A stretch of 63,719 nucleotides of DNA, the filler included, from Octopus bimaculoides (Eukaryota), in the NCBI RefSeq assembly GCF_001194135.2. It is 6 parts of 5 records of this genome, joined end to end, with 100 filler letters (N's around TTAATTAATTAA, not from the genome) between each part and the next. Parts side by side here need not be neighbours in the genome. Positions count along the whole stretch, not along the records: positions 33,820 to 58,047 come from NC_068981.1; 5 more parts are not named here. One strand, given 5' to 3'. Position 1 is the first letter of the stretch. Each line of letters starts with the position of its first letter. The notes beneath the pieces were generated by a model. It did not search any database. It had not been told where the DNA came from and worked only from the letters and a program-made list of their open reading frames with translations. Positions 35,370-48,703 of the stretch are shown here, one piece after another. Made by a program: the position numbers and the translations under genes.

Positions 35370-37184
35370 TATATATATATATATAGGTTCAAAAAAACAA
35401 TAACAAAAAAACAACAAAGTGAGGACGTGATACGGATAGTGTTATTGGACGCTCGGGAAAGGAAAGACACACACACATACATAATTTAGTATAATCTGAG
35501 TAATAACCTCATAACGTGCATTGCAAAGCTCCTGTGCCGTTATTGGCTACCACATACGACTAGCAGGATATTTTCCAAGGTTGGATAAACATATGAAACT
35601 CCGCTATCGTATGGGATGAAGATAACAATAAAATAACACGAAAATGAAAAATAGCATGCTTTAATAGCAAATCACGAGATTTATTTCTGTACCGAACTCC
35701 AGTTCATGTTGCTGAGTTTATATTTATGTATCTTTATACAAGAAGACTCTTTAGAATTACTATTTAAATATTTTTCAGCAACAGTTATCTGTAGGTGCTT
35801 CCTCATATTACAAAAGTAATATGATACAAATACAAAAGTAATGTGATATTACTTGTGTATTTTTTTATGTCACCCGGAATATAATGAAATGATTGGTGGA
35901 GAGTAATAAACATAGTATATATCTGAGGAAACTCAAAGAAATTCGACAGTGCTTGATCGCATTCCTCCTGAGAAATCACCTACAAACTGTTGTTGCTGAA
36001 ACATTCTTAATTAGATAGTAATTCTAAAGAATACTCTTATATAATGATATATAAGTGTAACCTCAGCAACTTAAAAGTTGGTGTCCGGTGCAGAAACAAA
36101 TGTTGTGATTTCCTATCAAAGCCTGCTATTTTCCATTTTCGTGTTATATTATTTTATGTATACATAGAATACACCCCCACATCACCCCACACCTTACCGC
36201 CATCCCACATCTTATCGCCATCCCGCACCCTACCTCCGTCCCCACATACAAACCCCCCCNNNNNNNNNNNNNNNNNNNNNNNNNNNNNNNNNNNNNNNNN
36301 NNNNNNNNNNNNNNNNNNNNNNNNNNNNNNNNNNNNNNNNNNNNNNNNNNNNNNNNNNNNNNNNNNNNNNNNNNNNNNNNNNNNNNNNNNNNNNNNNNNN
36401 NNNNNNNNNNNNNNNNNNNNNNNNNNNNNNNNNNNNNNNNNNNNNNNNNNNNNNNNNNNNNNNNNNNNNNNNNNNNNNNNNNNNNNNNNNNNNNNNNNNN
36501 NNNNNNNNNNNNNNNNNNNNNNNNNNNNNNNNNNNNNNNNNNNNNNNNNNNNNNNNNNNNNNNNNNNNNNNNNNNNNNNNNNNNNNNNNNNNNNNNNNNN
36601 NNNNNNNNNNNNNNNNNNNNNNNNNNNNNNNNNNNNNNNNNNNNNNNNNNNNNNNNNNNNNNNNNNNNNNNNNNNNNNNNNNNNNNNNNNNNNNNNNNNN
36701 NNNNNNNNNNNNNNNNNNNNNNNNNNNNNNNNNNNNNNNNNNNNNNNNNNNNNNNNNNNNNNNNNNNNNNNNNNNNNNNNNNNNNNNNNNNNNNNNNNNN
36801 NNNNNNNNNNNNNNNNNNNNNNNNNNNNNNNNNNNNNNNNNNNNNNNNNNNNNNNNNNNNNNNNNNNNNNNNNNNNNNNNNNNNNNNNNNNNNNNNNNNN
36901 NNNNNNNNNNNNNNNNNNNNNNNNNNNNNNNNNNNNNNNNNNNNNNNNNNNNNNNNNNNNNNNNNNNNNNNNNNNNNNNNNNNNNNNNNNNNNNNNNNNN
37001 NNNNNNNNNNNNNNNNNNNNNNNNNNNNNNNNNNNNNNNNNNNNNNNNNNNNNNNNNNNNNNNNNNNTATACAGACAGGCAGACAGACAGGTAGACAGGC
37101 AGGCAGGCGGGCAGGCGGGCAGACAGACAGACAGACACACAGACAGAAAGAAAGACAGACAGACAGACAGATAGACAGACAGAC

Positions 37185-37235
<51 letters not shown>

Positions 37236-38094
37236 ATCTTGTGTGTTCAGTTATTTGTACAACTACTCTAGTCGTACATATACATACATACATTCATACA
37301 TACATACATACATACATACATACATTCATACATACATACATACATCCATCCATCCATCCATCCATCCATACATACATACATACATACATACATACATACA
37401 TACATACATACATACTTAAGTATATACAAACATCACAACGCTACACCACGTTGTTTGTTATATTCAATGTGTCTTCCAGTGTATCATCATTTGTATGCCA
37501 CGTACACGGAAAGCTGAGTAAACTCGAATTTCACTTCCTTTCAGCAGGACCCTGGCCTCCACGCCATCTGCAAAATTTCTCTCGTAATCAGACAGTAAAA
37601 TCTTTGAAAATTTACATCCCATTCCCTCTTACTATTCTTCATGCAAATGAGTCCAAACATATGTTCCTTTTCGCTTTACTACTCTTTATACACAACGTTG
37701 ACGTTTTCTTAGCTCTATCATTAAAACAGTTCTTGATCAAAGAGTAAATTACATTATATTTGCTTAATATGTAGCAGACTACAATACTTCTACTTTGAAA
37801 GCATTTGAATATTTCTGCATTTCAATTTTATTGATGTTGATGCATCATCATGAATTGCAGGTAATACATATTTACAATGCTGTCTCAAGTTTCATTGCAT
37901 TATCGTCCAGAGTTAGCATTTTGCCACGCCAGTCAATAACACCCACGTTTCTTCAGGCGTCCACACTTTACAATATTAAGGTTTCAAGAAGTATAAATCA
38001 ATGGACAATAATCCAGAACGTTGTTAAGTCATCATTAACGCCAACAGACAGCAGACATCTTAGTTAAATAAATAGATAAATAAATGAATAAATA

Positions 38095-38279
38095 AACGAC
38101 GTGGTTGTGTGATAAGACATTTGCGTCCTGACCACATGGATCAGGGTTCAGTCCCACTGCATGACTCCTTCGGCAAGTGTTTTCTAATATAGTTCCGGGC
38201 CGACCAAAGCCTTGAGGGTGAATTCGCTGAACGGAAAGTGAAAAAATTCCTTCCGTCATAATGTGTGTGNNNNNNNNNN

Positions 38280-38337
<58 letters not shown>

Positions 38338-39240
38338 TATATGTATATCTCTATGTATACATATATTTATACACACACATATATATAAATATGTATCTAC
38401 GTATACGTATATATACATATATTTCTATATATACATGTATGTAAGTATATTTACGTATGTGTCTGTATTTGGACGCCACCACGGTTTGACAACTGGTATT
38501 AATTACTTAACAGTTCGGTATAAAAGCAAAGCGCTGGGGTCGACTTGTTCACCTAAGCCCTTCAAGTGGTGCTCCAGCATGGCTGCAGTCCAGTGACTGA
38601 AATAAATAAAAGAAAAGAGAAATAAATAAACGTTTAGGCATAGGCATGGCTGTATGGTAAGAAGCTTGCTTCCCAACCACATGGTAGTGGGTTCAGTTTC
38701 ACAGCGTAGCACCTTGGCCAAGTGTCTTCTACTATATCTTCGGGCCGACCAAAACCTTGTGAGTGAATTTGCTTGATGGAAACTGCGTGACTGTGTGGTA
38801 AGAAGCTTGAAGCATGCTTTCCAGCGACGTGGTTCCGGGCTCAGTCTCAATGCGTGACACCTTGGGCAAGTGTCTTCTACTATAGCCTCGGGCCGACCAA
38901 AGCTTTGTGAATGGATTTGGTAGACGGAAACTGAGAGAAGCCCGTCGTGTGTGTATGTGTGTGTGTGTGTGTGTGTGACCCACTACCGCTTGACAACCGG
39001 TGTTGNNNNNNNNNNCCGGTGTTGGCATGTGTGTGTGTGTTTGTGTGTGTGTCCCACGACCACTTGACAACCAGTATGTGTATGTCCTGTAACTTAGAGG
39101 TTCGGCAAAAGAGGCCAATAGAATAAGTACCAAACTTTTAAAAAAAGTACTGGGGTCGATTCATTCAACTAAAATTGTTCAAGGTGGTACTCCAGCATGG
39201 CAGCAGTTTAATGACTGAAACAAATAAAAGAGTGAAAAAG
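38095..39240 (+). mobile_element. Cluster of SINE family A: full copy, head-only copy, full copy
   Basis: Three tRNA-like heads (about 38100, 38640, 38790) and two tails (about 38610, 39235); homology to 519-893. Confidence 0.85.
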
Positions 39241-39519
39241 TATATGTATGAATGTATCAATATATGTATTATGTATGTATTATGAATGCGTGTATTTATG
39301 CGTGCGTGTGTGTGGGGGGGGGGGCTGTATATGTGTGTGCGTGTGCGTGCATGCGTGTGTGTGTGTGTAACTTTATATACAGGATGGAACATAAAACGCT
39401 GCCCATAAGTTGCGTACGAATTTTTTTAATGTTTCTAATTGTATTTATTACAAAGTTTCGAATTACAATTTAAAATAACTTTTAGGCAGCTAATGGCCCA
39501 CCCTATAAATGTCTGAGTA

Positions 39520-39550
<31 letters not shown>

Positions 39551-39583
39551 CTATCTTTCTTATATTTATAATACATATATGTA

Positions 39584-39633
<50 letters not shown>

Positions 39634-39728
39634 NNNNNNNNNNNNNNNNNNNNNNNNNNNNNNNNNNNNNNNNNNNNNNNNNNNNNNNNNNNNNNNNNNN
39701 NNNNNNNNNNNNNNNNNNNNNNNNNNNN

Positions 39729-39782
<54 letters not shown>

Positions 39783-39833
39783 TACATATATGTATTATAA
39801 ATATATATATTACAATGTGTGTATAGAGAGAGG

Positions 39834-39889
<56 letters not shown>

Positions 39890-40002
39890 CATATATACAT
39901 ATACTTGCATATATATATACACACATGTCTATAGATATTTACGTGTATATTTGTGTGTATTTATATACATGTGTATTCATTCGTATATATGTTTGTGTAT
40001 AC

Positions 40003-40049
<47 letters not shown>

Positions 40050-40051
40050 TA

Positions 40052-40452
40052 TATTTGCCAATATAATGTGCCAGTCCTAGTTAGGACGATTGTTACTGTT
40101 GTTTAGCTCCAGGAAACACCGTCTCCAGATGACTATACGACACACTCTCTGCGTCCTTATATTTTCGAACAAGGTAGTTTAGCGTCTCCACTCACCTCAA
40201 AGCAATATCTGTGTACCAAAGGTTTCTTGGTTATTTCCCTTCATCAGCACAGAATAACTGCTCGGCTAGAGATGGCGCCACTAAACTCTTGTTCGAAATA
40301 TATACTTTTCAAAATGACACGCAATCACTGTTCTAATAAATAAAAGAACGCACAGATAGTGTGCCGTATAGCCAGTCGGAAACGATGTTTCCTGGGGTTA
40401 AATAACAGTAACAATCGTCCTAACCAGGACTACCACATTATGTTGGCAAATA
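40052..40452. mobile_element. Palindromic (foldback/MITE-like) element with a central hammerhead motif
   Basis: Arms of about 140-180 bp starting TATTTGCCAA.ATAATGTG are inverted at 40270-40452; central loop about 40195-40265. Confidence 0.78.
40209..40252 (-). ncRNA. Type I hammerhead ribozyme motif
   Basis: TCTGTG-CTGATGA-AGG(GAAATAA)CCAA-GAAA-CC-TTT-GG-TA-CACAGA. Stem I 6 bp perfect, stem III ACC/GGT, GUA triplet; stem II weak. Confidence 0.62.
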
Positions 40453-40813
40453 GTCTTTACTCTAGAGTACAGTTACTGAATATCTCTCGTTCAGAGATTT
40501 AGAAATAATAATTATATATATATATATATATATATNNNNNNNNNNNNNNNNNNNNNNNNNNNNNNNNNNNNNNNNNNNNNNNNNNNNNNNNNNNNNNNNN
40601 NNNNNNNNNNNNNNNNNNNNNNNNNNNNNNNNNNNNNNNNNNNNNNNNNNNNNNNNNNNNNNNNNNNNNNNNNNNNNNNNNNNNNNNNNNNNNNNNNNNN
40701 NNNNNNNNNNNNNNNNNNNNNNNNNNNNNNNNNNNNNNNNNNNNNNNNNNNNNNNNNNNNNNNNNNNNNNNNNNNNNNNNNNNNNNNNNNNNNNNNNNNN
40801 NNNNNNNNNNNNN

Positions 40814-40845
<32 letters not shown>

Positions 40846-40890
40846 GAGGATATGTATACATTATGTCACATATGTATGTGTGTGTGTGTG

Positions 40891-40939
<49 letters not shown>

Positions 40940-41499
40940 GCACATACACACATAGTTGGACAAAATACACTTATGCAACCATCTCTCACTTTACGGAAGC
41001 GTTGTGTTCCTGAAAATCTTGAATAATATTGGATTCTGTAAACTGAAACCTATTTTCCATTTCTATTGTAAAATGAAAGTCGAGCGAACTTCCATGTAAT
41101 ACGGAATGTTGAATACGTAGCAAGTCAGTGGGAATTGCGTTTCGCATTACAGAATACTACGTCACGGCAAGAGTTTCAGGAATGCAACATTTCTGTAATG
41201 TGGGGTATGCCTCATATATACGGTGTGTCATGGCTAAGTGGACGAATTGTTATGTCTCCTTTTATTAGGAGCAGTTTGATGTGCTGGAGAACAATAAACG
41301 GCGTTGGAGAACATAAAGATTGGAATTGTAGGTGATTAAAAGTTAGTTGACATGCAGGACTGGGAGTCATCTGGATACTGGAAAAGAGTTATCTATACCA
41401 TGATGATTCGCGATGGGTATCAAAATACTGACATTATGACTGCTGCCGAATCTCTGTGGACACTGTAAAGACTAAGATGTTATATGGACATCAAGAAAA

Positions 41500-41950
41500 C
41501 CCAGTTCCTTCAAGTGAGGTTGACGTCATGCTGCCCCATGTCTTTGAACAGTACCTTAGGCTCAAATCAGCTATGTGAAGCTGCGTGAGACTTTGGTCAA
41601 ACGCTGACTGATTGCTACTGCTAGAATGCCATACGTGTGGCAGGGAAATTCGGTTCCTGGGCATGCTTCCGGAAGGAGTCAGAAGAGGTTGTCGGAGAAT
41701 TCCTTCAACTTCACCAGCTCGATTTTTGGCCTCCTAATTCCCTCGACTATAGTCCCTGGATTACTATGTGAGGGGCGCGGTTGAGAAAGAGAGCAACCAT
41801 TCTACCTGTAACACAAACGCTGAGCTGGTGGCCAAAATCAAGGAGATGCTTGAAAGTTTTCCCAGTGATACAGGGAGGAATGCATGCACCAGGTTCCCGG
41901 AGTCCTCTTGGAGCTGTGGTGGAAGCTGAAGGTGGCTACTTTAAGTATGC
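41500..41950 (+). mobile_element. Tc1/mariner transposase remnant (maT/DD37D-like)
   Basis: Frameshifted DVMLPHVF..LRL, PYVWQ, WPPNSLDYSP.DYYV.G, GAVVEAEGGYF. Confidence 0.8.
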
Positions 41951-42190
41951 TTTTATATCCCAGCGTCAATCTAGTAGAATGCTTCCCAACCATTTTTTGC
42001 CTATGGATCCCTTTGATTCCTATTTTACTCTACTGGACCTCCATAGCCATTCGATGCTTTCTTTTTTTAAAATCCAATTGCATTTTTATAATTAAATATT
42101 ATTAAGAATTGTATAAAAAAAAGTATTTTGTGTATTGTAGACGTATAAGCAATTTATTGCACATAAATTCTGACAAAAAAAACCCCCACT

Positions 42191-42302
42191 TATGTGGATC
42201 CCCCAAAAACCATGTAGATCCTCAAAAAACCATGTAGATCCCCCCAAAACCATGTAGATCCCCCAAGGGCCATGTAGATCCCCCAAGGGCCATGTGGATC
42301 CC
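42191..42302. repeat. 20-bp minisatellite, about 5.5 copies (CCCCAAAAACCATGTAGATC)
   Basis: GATC recurs at 42197, 42217, 42237, 42257, 42277 and 42297. Confidence 0.93.
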
Positions 42303-42731
42303 GGCTGAGAACCATTGATCTTGTTGATATTTTTAACATTCTAAAAATATTTTTATTTTTGCATGGAATGATGTGTTTCCTTTTCATTTTATGCAACTGT
42401 CAAATTTAACCCGAACAGCCTGTAAATAGTGGAAGAATATATGTGGTAAATACAGTAAATTATTTGACCTTCGAAATCAGCAATATCTATCAATGGGTTA
42501 ACTTGCACTTTTCCAGAAAATCTGCTATCTTTTCCTGTCAGGTAAATGAACCCGTAAATGAACACAGGCAATTTAGAACAAAGTTCCCTGCTTATAAAAT
42601 GTAAAATACCCACAATAAATTTTAACTCACAATCAATTTATCACGTACGCATATTCTGTTACAGCAGCAGTTTCAAGCATTGATATAAACCAATGCTTTC
42701 GCAAAAGCAACCAATTAGAAATAAAATACTA

Positions 42732-42769
<38 letters not shown>

Positions 42770-43132
42770 ATATAATTTTTGTTAATACATAGGCGTTGAC
42801 CTCAGAATACTGACCGCGCCCTTGTTTCCTAAATGGCGATAATGTAGCCATTCCTTTTGGGAATGAACAAATTGTATCGTTGAGATTAACCGCCATAAAG
42901 TGTTCCAGATTTAATTGAATAAATGCAGTCGGGGTAATAGTTTAAAGAAAATGAAGACGAGGTATAAACGTGTTTGCAACCCAACCATAAGAAAAAGCAT
43001 AATCATCTCATTGGTAAATAATATAAAGGAGGGGGTAATACATAAGAATGAGTAAAAGTTGCCGATTTTGAAGAGATGGAATTTTTTACTTCAGAAATTT
43101 TTGAAATAACGTTATCATAATGACCGATGAAA

Positions 43133-43344
43133 TGTGGCTAGCTGGCAGAAACGTTTCTGTGCCAGACAATACTAAGCGGCATTTCTTCCGGTCTTACCTT
43201 CTAAGTTCAAATTCCGCTGAGGTCAACTTTAACTTTCATCTTTTCTAGGTCGAGGAAATAAATACGTAGTTGAGTATTGAGGTCGATGTAATCGACCAGC
43301 CCCTCCTCCAAAATTTCAGGCCTTGTACCTATAGAAGAAATGAT
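43133..43344 (+). mobile_element. SINE family B copy whose tail is the target of the adjacent DNA element
   Basis: Homology to 5381-5597; another copy follows at about 44025-44232. Confidence 0.78.
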
Positions 43345-44002
43345 GGATCTTTTTTAAAACGGGGGCCACATTTTTCATTAACGAAACACTTTGAAACTTG
43401 GAACAGTGGTAGAATGTGTCATATAAAACATCTTTTTCTCTTAGTCTTCTTAAAAAAAAAAGAAATCCATAAATTATTCCATGTTAAAGTTGTCGTATTT
43501 CTGTAATTTCAACCAATCACTGACGTCCATTCAGCCGATATACATTAAGTGCCGACTACATAAACAAACGATTCTGAAACAATTAACCCTAACCCTAACC
43601 CTAACCCTAACCCTAACCCTAACCCTAACCCTANNNNNNNNNNNNNNNNNNNNNNNNNNNNNNNNNNNNNNNNNNNNNNNNNNNNNNNNNNNNNNNNNNN
43701 NNNNNNNNNNNNNNNNNNNNNNNNNNNNNNNNNNNNNNNNNNNNNNNNNNNNNNNNNNNNNNNNNNNNNNNNNNNNNNNNNNNNNNNNNNNNNNNNNNNN
43801 NNNNNNNNNNNNNNNNNNNNNNNNNNNNNNNNNNNNNNNNNNNNNNNNNNNNNNNNNNNNNNNNNNNNNNNNNNNNNNNNNNNNNNNNTTTCTGTTCTAT
43901 AACACAAAATAGATAAGTATACGAAGTTTGAAAGTCTTTCGGTACCAAAAACACTACGTAAAACATTAATGAAAAATGTGGCCCCCGTTTTAAAAAAGAT
44001 CC
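43345..44002. mobile_element. Non-autonomous DNA transposon, Merlin-like (GG termini, 8-bp TSD), with internal telomeric repeat
   Basis: Perfect 37-bp TIR GGATCTTTTTTAAAACGGGGGCCACATTTTTCATTAA (43345-81 / 43966-44002); TSD GAAATGAT at 43337-44 and 44003-10. Confidence 0.88.
43584..43633 (-). repeat. Interstitial (TTAGGG)n array, at least 8 units, running into an N gap
   Basis: Perfect (TAACCC)n. Confidence 0.95.
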
Positions 44003-45492
44003 GAAATGATTATTATAACAGATGAAAGGTGACTAGCCGGCCGAATTGGTGCCTTGACTGACAAAATGCTTAGCGGCCTTTCTTCTGGCCTTACTTTCTG
44101 AGTTCAAATTCCATTGAGGTTGGTTTTGCCTTTCATCCTTTCGAGATCGATTAAATAGAGTACCAATTAACTACTGCAGTCAATGTAATCGATTTCCCTC
44201 AAAATCGTTAGCCAAAACTAGAAAGAATTATTATGACCAATGAAAATTTCCACGACGTTTGTTTTACCATATCCTATTAGATAGTAATTTGGTGGCTAAT
44301 TTTTCATGGCTAATCCATTAAATTGTCTTCGTGTTTTTTTTTTTGCCTAGAAATTAACAGGTCCACCAGAATATTCTATATCCACGAAACAACATCATGA
44401 AATTTGAGCAGGACGGTCACATCTTATTCTTAATTTATATATTATTATTCAGGTTGATTGCGTAGAAAATGCCACTCAAAATTTTGAAAGATATATTATG
44501 TATTTTGCGCAGGTTAAGACTAGTAAAAAAATTTATCTAATAGAAAGCTAGCAATGTCAGGATAATAATAAGAATTTGTATCAACATTTAGTCTGAACAT
44601 TTATAGCAATGAACCAATGAGAGGAGCATATAAACTGCCATTCGACCTGGTAGAAATAACAGCTAAATCTGTTTTTGATCATAAGTCTGGTTTAACATCT
44701 TTAGCAAAAAATAGGGAGACCACAGTGTAAAATGTTGTTTCTAATATACAAAGGTATACAAATATACGGGATGGTCATTGCTGGTATGCCTTTAACCATG
44801 GGCCTCCTTTGCCTAGAGATAAACAACAACAGCTAAATACCATCAACATTAATTATAGAGAGTAACTTACTCTAAAGCTGTTGATGCTAACTACTAAAAC
44901 AGTGTCAATAATTTTATGTTTGGATAAATGGACGTCAACGAAGTTTAGAATAATTAAGCTAGAATTTCCTCATACTTTAGGTTAAAAGCAAAATTTCCGC
45001 ATTTATTGAAGGAAATTTCATTCATCAGAAATAATGTGTGCAGTCTGAATGAAGCTATTGAAAAACCTAATGTTGAGTTAAATGAGGTTTTTATGCTTTC
45101 TAGGCATTTCAGTGCTACTTCCTGTTGTGGTACCAGTCAGACCGGAAGAAGACCGAGAACGAACTTAGTTTCTCATTCATTATCTTCTAGTCTTCCTGGA
45201 CACTTCCCTATTACTAATAATTACTCTGTTTTCATTAAATAGCACGGCTTTAATGAAGACTTGTTTAGATTAACATTTACTCCCACAAACCGTCTCTAGT
45301 CAGTTGACTGTAGCCACCTTTACAGCATATCACAGTACATCAAAGTACATCGTTGTACAGTAAGATGTCGCACGGTACATTAAGTAACAGTAATGCGCAA
45401 TATTATACGGTGTTAGACAATAATACTGAAATTACTCGATTTCTATAACAGCACAAATAATATTTATTTCATATGTTTGTATAGGATTAAAC

Positions 45493-45795
45493 CAGGGGTT
45501 GGGGGAACTTTTTTAACCAATTACCCCAAAATATATTCATTTACGCCGACGTTATCCTCTTGATTTGAAAGGAAGGAAATCATAGATTCTTTGAATTCAA
45601 AAGGTTTATTGGATCCATTTTACTGAATCTACTTATATGAATCTATTTACGCGTCTTTTACATTGAACAAATGCAGTATTGCCAGAAGAAACATTTTTGT
45701 ATCAAGGAACACGTTTTTTATGTAATTTTACTTATGTCTAATGAGTCTTCATTACCCCCAAGAATTTAATTTTTACCCCGGTTCGCCGACCCCTG
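45493..45795. mobile_element. hAT-type MITE
   Basis: TIRs CAGGGGTTGGGGGAAC / GTTCGCCGACCCCTG; TSD GATTAAAC/GATTAAAT. Confidence 0.8.
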
Positions 45796-46147
45796 GATTA
45801 AATGTATTGGGGAGATTAGAATACGAGGTGCAGCACCTTAACAAAACCTTCCTAAAATAAAAATTTACCAAAGAAATAATAATAATAATAATCTCTAATT
45901 TCTTCTATATTTTTAGAAATGTTCATTTATAGTAATGTTGCATAAATTGAACGTTTATATCTTGTGAATAGCATACGAACTACAGATGATCGAGTTATGA
46001 GGATAACGAACTACAAGTTCGATGAATCTTTCATTTGCGATACATTTTATCTTTAGCTAAAATATTCATCTCTTGAATAATACAGGGAAGTAACGTAACT
46101 CACTTTATATCGGGACCTGGGTCTCTATAATATTGATTTCAGCAATA

Positions 46148-46330
46148 CTGGGGGAGGCGGTAAGTCGATTACACCGACCACAGTGCTCAACTGGTACTTA
46201 TTTTATAAACCTCGAAAGGATAAAAGGCAAAATCGACCTCGGCGGAATTTGAACTCAGAACGTAAAGACGGACGAAACCTCGCTTAGCATTTTGCCCGGC
46301 CTGCTAACAATTCTGCTAGCCCACAGCCTT
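46148..46330 (-). mobile_element. SINE family B copy
   Basis: Reverse-complement homology to 5381-5597. Confidence 0.82.
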
Positions 46331-46918
46331 GGTTTTTAAAAAGTGGCCAGAAAGCCGTTACAGAGAATCGAACGCTGTACCTCTCTAATTCCGGCTGAGC
46401 GCTCTGTACTACGGGTGTCTCTATAATATTAATGGGAGTTTTTATAGCTTACAGTTCTCAGTTCAACTCTTTGATGAATAAGATAATCAGTAGGATTGAT
46501 AAGAAAGTTAGTGATAATTTTCGTTGATATGATTTGAAATGGAAATATCAGCAGCAAATAAAAACCATTTTATTCCAAATATTTTTCTTCCTGTTTTTTT
46601 TTCTTTTTTCCTTCTTTCTTTTTTCCTCAGTATCCTCCATATGCTTGGTTAAGAACGACATAAGCTCCACCAAGTTAAAACAACGAACATTAGTGTTTAA
46701 CAAGGAAAATATAACCATACATAAAATAGATAGTTCTTTCATTTAACGGAAATGAAACCTGTTTTTAAATACGGTCAACGACCTGAAGCACACGTCAGAT
46801 TGACGTCAGTTTATCGTTCCACCTCTATCAAACCATTTGCGTTCACTTTTGTCGTTTTGCCCTGGTGTCAGATATAAAGTGTCAGGTTGGTTCAGTGTCG
46901 AGAGAGTGACAAACAGAT

Positions 46919-46957
<39 letters not shown>

Positions 46958-48032
46958 NNNNNNNNNNNNNNNNNNNNNNNNNNNNNNNNNNNNNNNNNNN
47001 NNNNNNNNNNNNNNNNNNNNNNNNNNNNNNNNNNNNNNNNNNNNNNNNNNNNNNNNNCTGTAGTCGACAGTGGATTGCTAGACGCTGTTCTACACTGATT
47101 ACTAGAATTAAAGATTGCTAGTGTGCGACACGGAATACGAACTTATTCCAGTAACAGTTAAAATCTTTCAGGAGATCCATTCCTCTCGATTTGTGAAGAT
47201 GAAGAATTATGGCTTAAGTCTCGTGAAGCCAAGACTATGGTTTTTACATAATTGTCAGCTAAAAATACCCACGATAGTTGACTGTAGCAGAATGTTCTAA
47301 AATTTATTCGAAAGTGAGTAATTTTGGTAAGATTCTGTTGCAAAGTCTACTCTGACGTAAAATTGGTGCATCAAATTCTTCTGTATTCTTCGAAGTAAGA
47401 CTTCGAAGGTTTAGGTTGTATAATGTTGTTTATTCATTTTTTTTTCTCATCTTATGTCTGTGCACTTTGATATTTGTATGAATACATACACATCTGTGTA
47501 TATGTGTGTGTATGTGTGAGTTTGTGCATGTGTGTGTGTGTATATGTGTGTGCGTGTGTGTGTGTATAAGCTTGTGTATGTGTGCGCGTGCGCACGTGTG
47601 GCACCTTGGGCAAATGTCTTCTACACTAGGCTCAGGCTGACTAAAGCCTTCTGAATGGATGTGGTTGTTGGAAACTAAAAGAAGTTGTTAAGCAACTTCA
47701 ATATTGAGTGGTGCCACAATTTATGAGCTACAGAGCAAATGTATGAAAAATAAGGATGAACGCAAATATATATTTTATACTTTCCACGCGTCTTGCATTG
47801 TTATGGTAGTTTGGAGCTCAGCAATAGATGTTCGGAGTGCATTTGGATCTATGTATTTATGTATATATAGATCAACACAGTTTGATTCAGACTCCTTCGT
47901 ACTATGAGTTTCAAGCGTGTAGCTAGTCTTCGGCCATTGGAGTCTGAATGAGAGTTCACTCACATACACAGAGAAGAAGGTACACACGCGCACACACGTA
48001 TGCGCACATATACACACACACACATACAGACT

Positions 48033-48066
<34 letters not shown>

Positions 48067-48597
48067 TAGATAGATAAGCACATACCTATACACACACACA
48101 CGCACNNNNNNNNNNNNNNNNNNNNNNNNNNNNNNNNNNNNNNNNNNNNNNNNNNNNNNNNNNNNNNNNNNNNNNNNNNNNNNNNNNNNNNNNNNNNNNN
48201 NNNNNNNNNNNNNNNNNNNNNNNNNNNNNNNNNNNNNNNNNNNNNNNNNNNNNNNNNNNNNNNNNNNNNNNNNNNNNNNNNNNNNNNNNNNNNNNNNNNN
48301 NNNNNNNNNNNNNNNNNNNNNNNNNNNNNNNNNNNNNNNNNNNNNNNNNNNNNNNNNNNNNNNNNNNNNNNNNNNNNNNNNNNNNNNNNNNNNNNNNNNN
48401 NNNNNNNNNNNNNNNNNNNNNNNNNNNNNNNNNNNNNNNNNNNNNNNNNNNNNNNNNNNNNNNNNNNNNNNNNNNNNNATATATAATCAGAAAATGGAGG
48501 AAACCTCAGATTAACAAACACATCGATTAGACCACATTTATAGCTTATTTTTTAATATGCAAAGCATGACATAACAAGTAGGCGAGGTAAGAAATTT

Positions 48598-48703
48598 TAT
48601 GGCCGTTTCCGCATCCGTTGCCAAGCGCTATCTATAAATAATTGCGAAATTAAAATTCTTCATCTTCATAGGACATTCGAATTAAGGCACGGAGCTTCAT
48701 CAG
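48598..48703 (-). ncRNA. Degenerate hammerhead-like motif (PLE tail)
   Basis: CTGATGA-A-GCTCCGTGCC...GGCAACGGATGC-G-GAAAC-GGCC-ATA; long stem II, cleavage triplet mutated. Confidence 0.4.

Noticed and set aside
42191-42302. CRISPR-like or iteron-like regular repeats
   Set aside because: Contiguous units with no unique spacers, no cas genes, eukaryotic context
43584-43633. True chromosome end
   Set aside because: The array is enclosed by TIRs and a TSD with ordinary sequence on both sides
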